From positions 3,040,001-3,104,000 of the forward strand of contig OZ251518.1 in assembly GCA_965242965.1 (NCBI GenBank): a DNA stretch of 64,000 bases, written 5' to 3'. Of the stretch, positions 1-9,934 are shown one piece after another. Each line of letters begins with the position of its first letter. Within the stretch, counting starts at the first letter, position 1. Made by a program: the position numbers and the translations under genes. This stretch comes from Candidatus Poribacteria bacterium (lineage in GTDB: Bacteria; Poribacteria; WGA-4E; WGA-3G). The notes under the pieces are model-generated. The model did no database searches and was not told the DNA's origin. It saw only the letters and a program-made list of their open reading frames with translations.

Positions 1-4
1 CGAA

Positions 5-469
5 GTGATGCGCGCCAAGAACAGCGCGATAGCACTCCTCCGCGAGCAAGAAGAGGCACCTCGTCCGCGCAGCAAACGGGATGTCGCGCAGCAATTGGAA
101 AGGGAAGGGTTTGACGCGCACGCCGTTGAAACTGCAATCGCGGAATTGATACGTTCCGGGCATATCCGCGACCGGAAGTTCGCCGAGAATTGGGTGCGCC
201 GCCGACAAAAATCAAATCCGCGCGGGAAAACTGTGCTGAAACGTGAACTTGTCGACAAAGGCATCGACACAGAAACCGCCGAGATGGTTTTGGCTGAGGT
301 TGAAACCGAAGCGGAAGCGGAACTTGCACTGCAACTGGCGCGCAAACGGGCAAAACACTATCAACGGCTGCCGGTTCCAACGGCGAAGCGGCGTTTATAC
401 GGATTTTTGGCGCGCCGCGGGTTCGGCTCGGAAACCATCCGACAGGTGCTTGAACAGGTTTTTGAATAG
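5..469 (+). CDS. recX: Regulatory protein RecX (5' end may lie outside the window)
   Basis: RecX three-helix repeats (D-x-x-FAENWV, RG...L..KGI, LYGFLARRGF); lies upstream of alaS, as is usual. Confidence 0.85.
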   Translation: MMRAKNSAIALLREQEEAPRPRSKRDVAQQLEREGFDAHAVETAIAELIRSGHIRDRKFAENWVRRRQKSNPRGKTVLKRELVDKGIDTETAEMVLAEVETEAEAELALQLARKRAKHYQRLPVPTAKRRLYGFLARRGFGSETIRQVLEQVFE

Positions 470-484
470 GCACAAAAAATTCGC

Positions 485-514
485 TTGACATGCAACGCCA
501 TTTCGTGGTAAACT
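485..514 (+). promoter_or_regulatory. Sigma70-like promoter facing a non-coding, REP-rich region
   Basis: TTGACA (485-490), 18-nt spacer, TG-n-TAAACT (509-514). Confidence 0.45.
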
Positions 515-596
515 ATTCGTGCGTGGGAGAAACCTCAACGTTCGCTGCAAAAAGTCCAGAACGTTTCAGTTTTTGGTGAGAACGTCATTTTCGCCG

Positions 597-856
597 TTAG
601 GCGGGACATCCCTGTCCTACAGTAGGAAGGACATCCTTGTCCCGATAGCGTTACAGTAGGAGGAACATCCTTGTCCCGATACCGCGCAGTAGGCGGGACA
701 TCTTTGTCCCGACATTGACAAGAAATCGAGACCGGGAGGTCTCTCCTACCTGATAGTGCGTGCAGTAGGCGGGACATCCTTGTCCCGATACCCCAATTAT
801 CGAGACCGGGAGGTCTCTCCTACCGGAAACATCAAGACCGCGGAGGGCTCTCCTAC
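597..856. repeat. Cluster of GTAG-capped REP-like palindromes
   Basis: About 5 copies of GTAGGCGGGACATCCTTGTCCCG on + and 2-3 copies of GTAGGAGAGACCTCCCGGTCTCG on - (726-749, 800-823). Confidence 0.85.
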
Positions 857-897
857 TGGGGAGAATTGAATTGCTCGGGGGAAAAACCGTTTTTGGC

Positions 898-926
898 TTG
901 ACAATTCTGCGAAAATAAGATATAAT
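898..926 (+). promoter_or_regulatory. Consensus sigma70 promoter of alaS
   Basis: TTGACA (898-903), 17 nt, TATAAT (921-926). This implies the true start is ATG 971 rather than 929. Confidence 0.8.
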
Positions 927-970
927 GTATGAAATACCGAGCGCAGCCGAAAGTGAGGCATACGGAAAAC

Positions 971-3628
971 ATGACATCAGATGAGATCAGAGCCAGTTTT
1001 TTAGCATACTTCCGCAAGCAGGGGCATACCGTCGTCCCGAGTGCATCGCTCGTTCCCGCGGGTGACGAGACGCTGCTGTTTACTAATGCCGGTATGAACC
1101 AGTTCAAGGAGGTGTTCCTCGGCATTGGGCAGCGCGAGTATACACGCGCCGTGGATACGCAGAAATGCATGCGCGTCAGCGGAAAACACAATGACCTCGA
1201 GGAAGTCGGGCACTCGCCAAGCCACCACACTTTCTTTGAGATGCTAGGAAACTGGTCCTTCGGCGATTATTACAAGCAGGCGGCGATCGCCTTCGCATGG
1301 GAATTGGTGACTGAACTCTGGCGCATTCCCAAGGAACGCATCTGGGCAACGGTGTATGTGGACGATGACGAGGCGGAGAGATTCTGGCTTCAAGAGACAG
1401 ACTTGCCGCTCGCACGCATCCGCCGCTGTGACAAGGATAACTTCTGGGAGATGGGTGAGACAGGGCCTTGTGGTCCGTGCAGCGAACTTTTCATCGACCT
1501 GGGTGTAGACGCTTACCCGGAAACAGCGGACGACCCGGGCGCGGGCCCGAACACCAGCGACAGGTTTCTCGAATTCTGGAATCTCGTCTTCATCCAATAC
1601 AATCGTGATGAAAGCGGCGCGCTGACACCGCTACCGGCTATGCACGTTGACACCGGGATGGGTTTTGAGCGGATTGCCTCTATTTTGCAAGGGGTGGATT
1701 CCAACTACAAAACCGATCTGTTTACGCCGCTCCTCGGCACAATTTCGGATATGACAGATGCCGCCTATTTTGATGACGAACGTGGGCTACCACACCGCGT
1801 CATCGCGGACCACGTCCGATGTCTAACGTTCGCCATCGGCGACGGTGTCATGCCTTCTAATGAAGGGCGCGGCTATGTCATTCGTCGGATTTTGCGGCGC
1901 GCCGTGCTTTACGGGAAAAAGTTGGCGATGAACGAGGCGTTCATCTATCGCCTTGTTGATAAAGTGATTGAACTGCTCGGCGATGTGTTCCCCGATGTCC
2001 AACCGCGGCGCGAGTTTATCAAGCGCACGATTCAAGCGGAAGAGAGTCGTTTCCATCAAACGCTTGAGCGCGGCTTGGAGATGCTGGCGAGTTCCTTTGA
2101 TGCGCTCGCAGCGCAGGGCGGCACGCAACTTGAGGGCAAGCGCGCCTTTGAACTCTACGACACGTTCGGCTTCCCGTTAGATTTGACACAGATGCTTGCG
2201 CGCGAACGCGGTTTTGCCGTTGATGCGCCTGGGTTTGAGCGCAGCATGGAAGCACAGCGAGAACGCGGCCGCGCCGCTTGGCACGCGAAAGGCGGCGGTG
2301 CGAGAGACGAGGAGATTGCTGTTTACGCCGAAGTCCTCAAAGAACACGGCGAAACCGAATTTGTCGGCTACGCACACGACAACGCCGAGGCGGAAATTGT
2401 CGCCTTGATTGCCGGCACCGAATCGGTGGGCGGCGCGCAGGAAGGAGACGAAGTCTCCGTGCTGTTTAACCGCACGCCTTTCTACGGCGAATCCGGCGGG
2501 CAGGTAGGCGATGTCGGAACGATTGAGGGCCCGAACGCGAAATTGGAAGTGTTGGATACTATCAAACCATCGGCAGCTCTGGTTGTGCATCAGTGCCGGG
2601 TGCTGGAAGGCGAGATTACGCCGTTCACCACCGTGCGTGCACAGATTGATGTCCCGCGCCGCAAAGCCGTCGCGGTGAGTCACACGGCGACGCATATTCT
2701 GCACAGCGGGTTGCGCAGGGTGCTCGGCACGCATGTCGGGCAAGCCGGTTCACTCGTTGAGGCAGGCAGACTGCGGTTTGACTTTTCGCACTACGAAGCA
2801 GTCTCCCCGGAACAACTGCGTGAAATTGAGGGTTTTGTCAATGAGAAAATTCGTGAGAATGACACGCTCTCTGTCGCAGAGATGCCTTTAGCTGCGGCGA
2901 AGGCGCGCGGCGCGCTTGCTTTCTTCGGCGATAAATATGGCGACACCGTCCGCGTCGTGCAAGCCGGGGAGTATAGCGTGGAGTTATGCGGCGGCACGCA
3001 TGTCGATGCCACCGGGGAACTCGGGTTCGTGAAACTGATGAGCGAGAGCAGTATCGCTGCGGGCGTTCGCCGCGTTGAGGCGTTGACAGGCGGTGCAGCG
3101 GCAACCGCTATCCAAGATGATGACGCGCTGCTGGCTAGCATCGCGAATGTGCTGAAGACTCCTAAAGCTGCCTTGCCTGAGCGTGTTGAACGACTCCTGC
3201 AGGAACAGCGGGAGTTGGAACAGCAGTTCCAGCAGGTGAAAGGGCAGCTCGCGCTCTCGAATATCGGTGCCTTAGTGGCAGATGCAACATCTGTCAACGG
3301 TGTGCAGATTGTCGCCTCGCGGGTGGAAGACACAGACAGGAACGGCTTGCGTCGGCTCGTTGATGAACTCAAAACGCGGCTCAGTTCGGGTGTCGTTGCG
3401 CTTGCTTCAGTGACAAATGGCGAGGTGGCGTTTGTCGTCGGTGTAACCGCTGATCTGGTGAAGCAGCGCGGTTTGCATGCGGGGAAAATCATGAGTGAAA
3501 TCACCCGACTTGCAGATGGGCGCGGTGGCGGCAGACCGGAATTAGCGCAAGGGGGCGGCAAAGACCCGGGTAAAGTGCAGGCGGCGATTGATGCCGCAGA
3601 ACGCATTGTTGCCGAACACCTCTCATAA
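971..3628 (+). CDS. alaS: Alanine--tRNA ligase
   Basis: LLFTNAGMNQFK, HHTFFEMLGNWSFGDY, HTATH editing motif, ELCGGTHV, C-terminal GRGGGRPELAQGGG. Confidence 0.98.
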   Translation: MTSDEIRASFLAYFRKQGHTVVPSASLVPAGDETLLFTNAGMNQFKEVFLGIGQREYTRAVDTQKCMRVSGKHNDLEEVGHSPSHHTFFEMLGNWSFGDYYKQAAIAFAWELVTELWRIPKERIWATVYVDDDEAERFWLQETDLPLARIRRCDKDNFWEMGETGPCGPCSELFIDLGVDAYPETADDPGAGPNTSDRFLEFWNLVFIQYNRDESGALTPLPAMHVDTGMGFERIASILQGVDSNYKTDLFTPLLGTISDMTDAAYFDDERGLPHRVIADHVRCLTFAIGDGVMPSNEGRGYVIRRILRRAVLYGKKLAMNEAFIYRLVDKVIELLGDVFPDVQPRREFIKRTIQAEESRFHQTLERGLEMLASSFDALAAQGGTQLEGKRAFELYDTFGFPLDLTQMLARERGFAVDAPGFERSMEAQRERGRAAWHAKGGGARDEEIAVYAEVLKEHGETEFVGYAHDNAEAEIVALIAGTESVGGAQEGDEVSVLFNRTPFYGESGGQVGDVGTIEGPNAKLEVLDTIKPSAALVVHQCRVLEGEITPFTTVRAQIDVPRRKAVAVSHTATHILHSGLRRVLGTHVGQAGSLVEAGRLRFDFSHYEAVSPEQLREIEGFVNEKIRENDTLSVAEMPLAAAKARGALAFFGDKYGDTVRVVQAGEYSVELCGGTHVDATGELGFVKLMSESSIAAGVRRVEALTGGAAATAIQDDDALLASIANVLKTPKAALPERVERLLQEQRELEQQFQQVKGQLALSNIGALVADATSVNGVQIVASRVEDTDRNGLRRLVDELKTRLSSGVVALASVTNGEVAFVVGVTADLVKQRGLHAGKIMSEITRLADGRGGGRPELAQGGGKDPGKVQAAIDAAERIVAEHLS

Positions 3629-3704
3629 AAGTTGTGGGCGCGTCTTCCAAAACGCGCTACTGAATACCGTGCCGTGAGGCACGAACGTATGGATAGGAGA
3701 AGTT

Positions 3705-4250
3705 ATGGACTGGGTGCTGATTGCCTCACTTTTTTGGAAATTCAGCCTAGGGACTTTGCTACTCGCTTTAACAGCACTCGCCGGTTACATGTGCGCGACG
3801 CTCGGCAGCCTCCGAAACTCGCTCAACAGCATCCGGAACACGTTGAATTCCGCGGAGCATATCGTCAATCAAGAACTCGGCGAATTGCTGAGTGACGTGG
3901 ATAAGACGGTGAAAGAAGTGAACAAGGAGCTGCCCGCGCTGCTACAAAATCTCAATGGGTTGACAGCTTCCTTGCAAGGCATTAGCGAAACCGAAATTCA
4001 ACCGACTGCGCACAATATCCAAGAAATGAGTGCCGTGCTGAATCAGAGTCTTCAGGAACTAGAATCGCTGGTGCAAAAAGCGAGTCAGTTTTCGGGTGAG
4101 ACGCTGGAACAGGCGGAGTTTTTCCGCAACCAACTGGCACTCTCATTGGCGGATATTGTGAGTTTGTGGCAAGGTATCAAAGCGGGGTGGGATAACTTCC
4201 GCGCCGCACATTCGCAAGACGCATCGGTGGAGGAGGAACCTGATGGATAA
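3705..4250 (+). CDS. DUF948/YoxC-like membrane-anchored coiled-coil protein
   Basis: N-terminal TM helix followed by heptads; AGGAG RBS; precedes YtxH-like genes. Confidence 0.6.
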   Translation: MDWVLIASLFWKFSLGTLLLALTALAGYMCATLGSLRNSLNSIRNTLNSAEHIVNQELGELLSDVDKTVKEVNKELPALLQNLNGLTASLQGISETEIQPTAHNIQEMSAVLNQSLQELESLVQKASQFSGETLEQAEFFRNQLALSLADIVSLWQGIKAGWDNFRAAHSQDASVEEEPDG

Positions 4251-4500
4251 CCAAAAGTCTTCGTCTACCGCGGGCGTTTTCGCAATTTTTGTTGTAGGCG
4301 GGCTCATCGGTTCCGCGTTGATGCTGCTCCTTGCACCGGCATCGGGCAAGCGTGCCCGGAAAAGGCTCCGCAAGGCATCGAACCGGCTTCAACGCCGAAC
4401 AGCGAAGAACGCCTACCGAACCACCAAACGCGTGAACAAGTTTGTCCACACGTTTTTGAAAAACATGAACGCTAACTTAAAGGAAAGGAAAAGAAAATGA
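4243..4500 (+). CDS. YtxH-domain protein
   Basis: GGLIGSALMLLLAPASGKRARKRL motif. Confidence 0.75.
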   Translation: MDNQKSSSTAGVFAIFVVGGLIGSALMLLLAPASGKRARKRLRKASNRLQRRTAKNAYRTTKRVNKFVHTFLKNMNANLKERKRK

Positions 4501-4907
4501 GCAACAATGGACAGAACAACGGGCTCTCGATGATATTCGCGTTTTTTACCGGCTTTCTCGCCGGAGCGGTTATCAGCCTGCTTTATGCACCGAGCCCTGG
4601 CAAGGAGGCCCGGAAGAAAATCCGCGATACCTCCGTTGAAGCAAAGAACCGAACCGTCGAATTGGCGCAGCAGGCATCCCACAGCGCGAAGGAAAACGTT
4701 CAGAACCTCGTTGAACAGGGCCGGGATAACGTCCAGGGCCTCGTCACGCAGGGGAAAGAACGGCTTCACGATGCCGGCGAACAAGTAAAGGACGCGGTGG
4801 AAACCGGGCGCAGAGTCTCCTCTGAAGTCCGAACCAAAATCGCGAGCTCCCTCCCCGGTATCAGCGGCACCCAGGAAGCCGACGAAGAAGCATCCGAGGA
4901 AGCGTAA
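4497..4907 (+). CDS. YtxH-domain protein
   Basis: GFLAGAVISLLYAPSPGKEARKKI motif; ATGA overlap with the previous gene. Confidence 0.8.
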   Translation: MSNNGQNNGLSMIFAFFTGFLAGAVISLLYAPSPGKEARKKIRDTSVEAKNRTVELAQQASHSAKENVQNLVEQGRDNVQGLVTQGKERLHDAGEQVKDAVETGRRVSSEVRTKIASSLPGISGTQEADEEASEEA

Positions 4908-5074
4908 GGATTGCCGACTTCTGATGTGGCGCGCTTGCATGAGGTTTCGACTTTCAGTAGGAGGGCCCTCCGGGAAGTTTGGCACTTGCTGTCAACTGTT
5001 CTCGATGCATGTGGTATCGGGACAGGGATGTTCCTCCTACTGGCATCGCGCCGCGTGTGGCAATTGGGTATGCA

Positions 5075-5830
5075 ATGGAAGTTGAAAAATTAAAGGCTCT
5101 ACTTGAATCGGTTCAACGCGGAGAGGTTGCAGTGGATGCTGCACTGCGTTCTCTCCGCACGCTACCGTTTGAAGACTTGGGTTTCTCCAAGATCGACCAT
5201 CACCGTCAGCTCCGCACTGGGTTTCCCGAGGTGATTTTCTGTGAGGGCAAGACGAAGGCGCATGTGAAGCAGATTAGCGAACGGATTCTCGCCGCGGGGC
5301 ATCCGCTGCTTGCGACTCGTGCTACGCCGGACATGTATGAGGCGGTGCAGGAGATTTATCCGGAAGCGCGCTATAACGCGCTTGGCCGGACTATCACCGT
5401 CTCGCAATCCGATGAGGAAGGGGCTGCGGGTATTTTAGTGATTTCTGCTGGCACTTCCGATTTGCCGGTGGCTGAAGAAGCGGCAGAAACGGTGCAGATG
5501 ATGGGTAATCGTCCGGAACGGCTTTACGATGTCGGCGTGGCTGGGCTTCACCGGTTGATGGGCAACTATGAAAAACTGCTTGCCGCCCGCGTGATTATCG
5601 TCGTAGCAGGGATGGAAGGCGCGCTGCCGAGCGTCGTCGGCGGATTGGTAGAGAGCCCTGTCATCGCCGTGCCGACGAGCGTCGGTTACGGTGCCAGTTT
5701 CGGTGGGCTCGCCGCGCTGTTAGGGATGCTCAACAGTTGTGCTTCCGGCGTTACCGTCGTTAACATTGACAACGGCTTCGGCGCGGGGTATAGTGCTTCA
5801 CTTATCAATCGGTTAGTTGCGTTGTCCTGA
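5075..5830 (+). CDS. larB: Nickel-pincer cofactor biosynthesis protein LarB (PurE-like)
   Basis: DHHRQLRTGFPEVIF, SAGTSDLPVAEEA, DVGVAGLHRL, VVNIDNGFGA. Start moved to ATG 5075 because the upstream extension is repeat-derived. Confidence 0.92.
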   Translation: MEVEKLKALLESVQRGEVAVDAALRSLRTLPFEDLGFSKIDHHRQLRTGFPEVIFCEGKTKAHVKQISERILAAGHPLLATRATPDMYEAVQEIYPEARYNALGRTITVSQSDEEGAAGILVISAGTSDLPVAEEAAETVQMMGNRPERLYDVGVAGLHRLMGNYEKLLAARVIIVVAGMEGALPSVVGGLVESPVIAVPTSVGYGASFGGLAALLGMLNSCASGVTVVNIDNGFGAGYSASLINRLVALS

Positions 5831-5846
5831 ACAGCGTGCTTTTCTT

Positions 5847-6392
5847 CTACTTCTCTTCTGAACGTTCAACCTTCAACGTAACGGTGGCACTCGCCTGTTC
5901 ATGTTCCACTTTTAAGCGAATGCACTGGGCATTAATGTTGAGGGTGACGACATCAGTTCCAATCTTGCATCGAATTGGGTTTCCTAGGATGTCGGCACCG
6001 GGTTTCCATGTCCCGCCAGCCTCTTGCGCGTATGTAGCGAGCGCGCGCGCCATCGCCTCCGAGCGTGGGCCGTTGGCGTTGAGAATGCGCTGCGCCGCAC
6101 TAGCTGCTGCGTTTGCAGCCGCGGTTAAACGCGCTTGGTGCGTCTGCGCCGGTGCATTGTCATTGTCAACGGTGCTGCTTTTGCGCAAGCCGAAATAGAC
6201 GAGGACTGCGAGGAGTCCGAGAAATCCTGCGGTTATCAACAGGACAGTGCCTTGCAATTCGCGGCGGCGCGTCAGACTCTCAAAATCCTCGCGATGGTGC
6301 GGATAGAAGGCATCGTGCGCGGCGAGCGGTGCAGGCGCGCAGAGCAGCCAGATGCAAATCACAAAAGCGGTTTTGGCGTTTGACGTGAACAT
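5847..6392 (-). CDS. Hypothetical membrane protein
   Basis: Signal-peptide-like N-terminus (start ATG 6392) and one TM helix; divergent from the ABC operon. Confidence 0.5.
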   Translation of the reverse strand: MFTSNAKTAFVICIWLLCAPAPLAAHDAFYPHHREDFESLTRRRELQGTVLLITAGFLGLLAVLVYFGLRKSSTVDNDNAPAQTHQARLTAAANAAASAAQRILNANGPRSEAMARALATYAQEAGGTWKPGADILGNPIRCKIGTDVVTLNINAQCIRLKVEHEQASATVTLKVERSEEK

Positions 6393-6437
6393 AAACGCAG
6401 TATAACGGAAACGAAGAGAAAAATCAAGGGCACAAAC

Positions 6438-6466
6438 TTGACATGAAATTGCAAATTTGATAGAAT
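6438..6466 (+). promoter_or_regulatory. Sigma70-like promoter of the ABC operon
   Basis: TTGACA, 17 nt, TAGAAT. Confidence 0.6.
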
Positions 6467-6608
6467 ACGCATGGCGTTTAAACTTGGACGAAAAGACATT
6501 GTCTTTTCGTCCGGCTAAGTTGAGACTGTTCTGCCAAGGCAATCAAGGCGCACGTCAAACCACGTCAAACCACCGCTAGGAAATACGAAAAATGAAGGAG
6601 GCATACCT

Positions 6609-7286
6609 TTGAATCAGAGAGCACCTATCGAAGAACAAATCGATCTTCCTTTCGTTGAGTCGCTGCGGATCAGTTTTCAGAGTTTGAAAATCCGTTTTGG
6701 GCGTTCGATTATCACGACAGCGGGCATTACGCTCGGTATCGCTTTTCTCGTCTCCGTTTGGACGAACAACGAGATTAATCTCGCGCTACAGGAGAGCGGC
6801 AGGCAATCGACAATTAACACATTTGAAGAGACACCGCAACAGGGCATTTCCACAAAGGACATCTGGCTCATCGTCATGTCGCTCATCGTCTGTGTCGTTG
6901 GGATTGCGAACTCGATGCTGATGGCGGTGACAGAGCGGTTCCGCGAGATTGGGACGATGAAATGCCTCGGCGCGTTAGACGGCTTCGTCGTCCGATTATT
7001 CCTGCTTGAATCGGGGTTCCAAGGGTTTTCCGGCGCGCTCATCGGCGCGCTCATCGGCACACTCGGCGCGATTCTCTTGGGACTGAAAGACTACGGGTTG
7101 GATCTGTTCTTCTATTTCCCGTTGTTGCCGGCGCAGCCGGAAAGTGGCGCGATGCAGCTCGGTGTGATAGTTGTCATCTTGCTCGGGTGCATCCTCGGCA
7201 TGATTTTAGCCGTCATCGGCTCGTCATTTCCGGCGTGGCGTGCGGCGAAACTCCCGCCTGCAGAAGCGATGCGGACAGAGGTTTAG
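6609..7286 (+). CDS. FtsX/MacB-like ABC permease (short)
   Basis: GIANSMLMAVTERFREIGTMKCLGA and PAWRAAKLPPAEAMR; AAGGAG RBS before the TTG start. Confidence 0.85.
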   Translation: MNQRAPIEEQIDLPFVESLRISFQSLKIRFGRSIITTAGITLGIAFLVSVWTNNEINLALQESGRQSTINTFEETPQQGISTKDIWLIVMSLIVCVVGIANSMLMAVTERFREIGTMKCLGALDGFVVRLFLLESGFQGFSGALIGALIGTLGAILLGLKDYGLDLFFYFPLLPAQPESGAMQLGVIVVILLGCILGMILAVIGSSFPAWRAAKLPPAEAMRTEV

Positions 7287-7318
7287 GCACCCCCACTGGG
7301 GACTTAAAGGAAAAGACT

Positions 7319-8047
7319 ATGGCTGATATCGTTGTGAAAACGGAGGATGTCGTCAAAGAGTATCGCATGGGCTCGAACGTCCTGCGCGCGTTAGACGGCA
7401 TCAACATTGAGATTCACCGCGGGGAATACATCTCGCTGATGGGGCCCTCCGGCTCCGGCAAATCTACTCTCTTTAACATGATCGGCGCGTTGGACCGGCC
7501 GACGGAGGGACGCGTCTATATTGATGGACAAAACATGTCGCAACTCTCACAACGGCAGATTGCTGCGTTTCGGTGCCATCGTGTCGGCTACATCTTTCAG
7601 AGTTACAACCTGTTGCACGTGCGGAGCGCGCACGGGAATGTAACGCTGCCGATGATTTTCGCCGGCGTTTCGGAGAAACAGCGCAACGAAAAGGCTGAGA
7701 AATTGCTGGACATGGTGGGGTTAGGGGACAGGATTTATCATCTTCCCGATGAGCTCTCCGGTGGACAGCGTCAGCGCGTCGCGATTGCGCGGGCCCTGGC
7801 GAATGACCCGAGTATCATCCTCGCCGATGAACCGACAGCAAACTTGGACACTATCACCGGGCGTGAAATCATCGATTTGATTAAGCGGTTGAACAACGAG
7901 CAGGGGGTTACTGTCATTTCTGCAACGCACGATTTGAAGATGCTTGATGTCTCAGATCGGATTGTCGATATCCGCGATGGGTTGGTAGAGCGCATCCGTA
8001 ACCGCGATGAAATTGAGATTGAGGTTGGGGAAGTCGGTGGAGAGTAG
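7319..8047 (+). CDS. LolD/MacB-type ABC ATP-binding protein
   Basis: GPSGSGKS, LSGGQRQRVAIARA, ADEPTANLD. Confidence 0.92.
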   Translation: MADIVVKTEDVVKEYRMGSNVLRALDGINIEIHRGEYISLMGPSGSGKSTLFNMIGALDRPTEGRVYIDGQNMSQLSQRQIAAFRCHRVGYIFQSYNLLHVRSAHGNVTLPMIFAGVSEKQRNEKAEKLLDMVGLGDRIYHLPDELSGGQRQRVAIARALANDPSIILADEPTANLDTITGREIIDLIKRLNNEQGVTVISATHDLKMLDVSDRIVDIRDGLVERIRNRDEIEIEVGEVGGE

Positions 8048-8052
8048 GCTGA

Positions 8053-9705
8053 ATGGCGCGAAAAATATCACGCAGAATCAAAACGCTACGTGGGTTTGTG
8101 GCATGGGCAGAACAGTTCACCGATGGGAAATATCTGTTTCGCGGTGTATCTAAGCAGTCATATAAACTGGAAGCGTCTGCCTATCGCCGTTTACCCGAGG
8201 GTGATAAACGAAAACCACACGAGCTCCGCGAGGTGAATAGGGAGTTGTTAGAACGCGCGCGTCTTTTGGGACACGCTCATCGGGATGGCCAGCAGCGTTC
8301 CGACTTGGAGTTGCTGGCAGAGCTCCAGCACTTCGGCGCGGCGACATGCCTGATTGACTTCACACGGAATGCCTTCATCGCGCTCTGGTTTGCCTGCCGG
8401 CAGAGTGCTAGTGGTGATGCGGCAAACGGGAAGGTGTTCGCTGTTCGTGTTGATGAGCCTGTCTGCTTTAAGTCCGTGACACACGAACTGCTAGCATCCG
8501 AGGATATTGACACCTTTTTCGCGGAGGATGACGAGGGTAGGTATCCACTCTATCAGTGGCAGCCCAAGCATCAGAACAACCGCATCATCGCGCAGCAATC
8601 GGTGTTCATCTTTGGGGGTGCCCAAATTGACGTTGCGGCAGAATGCATCATCATCAAAAGTAGCAAGCGCGAACTCCTAGCGTCTCTGGAGAAATTATCG
8701 GGGATTAGTGAGGGAGCTCTGTTTCCTGATTTTGACGGTTTCGCGCGCCTCAATGCCCAGAATAGAGTGTCGATTCAATCCGACCCGGCGGCTTACTTGG
8801 ATCGCGCTGTTGAGGCGCATCAAGAGAGCAAGTGGGACGATGCCCTCGGCTATTACGACGAGGTTCTCTCGTTAAAGCCGGAGAGTCACATTCAAGCAAG
8901 GGCGTATACCGGACGAGGGCTGATTTACAGAAGTAAAGAAGAGTTCGACCTGGCTATCGCGCACTTGACTAAGGCAATTGAGTTAACGGTTGATGATGCT
9001 CACGCTTACAACAACCGTGGGCTTGCTTATGGGCTGAGAGCCGAAATTTATGGGGACGCAGAAAACCGGGAGCGCGCGGTGGAAGACATGGAATCCGCCA
9101 TAAAAGATTACGACGCGGCACTAGCCCGGAACCCCGATTTTTCCGATGCCTATAACAACCGCGGTGCCGCTTACCTCTTCAAAGACGAGTTTGAGTTAGC
9201 CATCGCGGACTGCAGCGAGGCAATAACCCGGAACTCCAATGCTCACGATGCCTATTACAATCGCGCCACTGCTTACCTCTTGAAAGAGGACTTTGATTTG
9301 GCTATTGAGGACTATGATAGGGCGGTAACCCTGAACGCCGATCTTCACGATGCCTACTATAACCGAGCCACTGCCTATTCCTATATTGGCGAATTGGAAT
9401 TGGCCATTGAGGACTACACGAAGGTAGTAGACCTGGATGCAGATGATGCCAATGCCTATTACAGCCGCGGTATCGTCCGGTTGCAACTGGAAAATTGGCA
9501 AGAGGCCAAAGCAGACCTAACCGCTGCAATGCAAAGGGATATGGATATCATTGATGCATTTCAGACTGATTATGAAAGTGTTATCCACTTTGAGCAGGAA
9601 CACGGTATTCAATTACCGGCAGACATCGCCGACTTGCTGACACAGCAAGAACCGTGCCCTCATCTCGTGGAAGCAGAACCTTGTCACTCCCACAGTGAAA
9701 AATAG
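8053..9705 (+). CDS. FRG-domain protein with C-terminal TPR array
   Basis: YLFRGV, QHFGAATCLIDFT, ALWFAC, NRIIAQQSVF, LFPDFDGFA; then repeated AYxNRG TPRs. Confidence 0.85.
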   Translation: MARKISRRIKTLRGFVAWAEQFTDGKYLFRGVSKQSYKLEASAYRRLPEGDKRKPHELREVNRELLERARLLGHAHRDGQQRSDLELLAELQHFGAATCLIDFTRNAFIALWFACRQSASGDAANGKVFAVRVDEPVCFKSVTHELLASEDIDTFFAEDDEGRYPLYQWQPKHQNNRIIAQQSVFIFGGAQIDVAAECIIIKSSKRELLASLEKLSGISEGALFPDFDGFARLNAQNRVSIQSDPAAYLDRAVEAHQESKWDDALGYYDEVLSLKPESHIQARAYTGRGLIYRSKEEFDLAIAHLTKAIELTVDDAHAYNNRGLAYGLRAEIYGDAENRERAVEDMESAIKDYDAALARNPDFSDAYNNRGAAYLFKDEFELAIADCSEAITRNSNAHDAYYNRATAYLLKEDFDLAIEDYDRAVTLNADLHDAYYNRATAYSYIGELELAIEDYTKVVDLDADDANAYYSRGIVRLQLENWQEAKADLTAAMQRDMDIIDAFQTDYESVIHFEQEHGIQLPADIADLLTQQEPCPHLVEAEPCHSHSEK

Positions 9706-9706
9706 G

Positions 9707-9735
9707 TTGACATCTTGGTGGAAACTTGTTATCAT
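9707..9735 (+). promoter_or_regulatory. Extended -10 sigma70 promoter of a small ORF
   Basis: TTGACA (9707-9712), 17 nt, TG-n-TATCAT (9730-9735). Confidence 0.7.
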
Positions 9736-9781
9736 ATAATGAAAATACCACCTAACTACTTTTACAAGGAGACGAATCTGA

Positions 9782-9934
9782 ATGGCAAGCAAAAAGAACG
9801 CGAATTCCAAAAGCAACGCGGCTGCGAAAACCGGTAAATTCGCAATTGTGAGGGAACCGAAGCGGAACAAAAATCCCTCACGCGCTTCAACTGTCAGGGT
9901 AGTGGCGAGACCTAAGCACGCGCGAAGTTCTTGA
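9782..9934 (+). CDS. 50-aa highly basic small protein (not in the ORF track)
   Basis: AAGGAG RBS, ATG 9782 to TGA 9934: MASKKNANSKSNAAAKTGKFAIVREPKRNKNPSRASTVRVVARPKHARSS. A downstream hairpin lies at about 9952-9982. Confidence 0.6.
   Translation: MASKKNANSKSNAAAKTGKFAIVREPKRNKNPSRASTVRVVARPKHARSS

Noticed and set aside
520-970. T-box leader for alaS
   Set aside because: No T-box consensus was seen, the region is REP-filled, and a consensus promoter lies only about 45 nt before the start.
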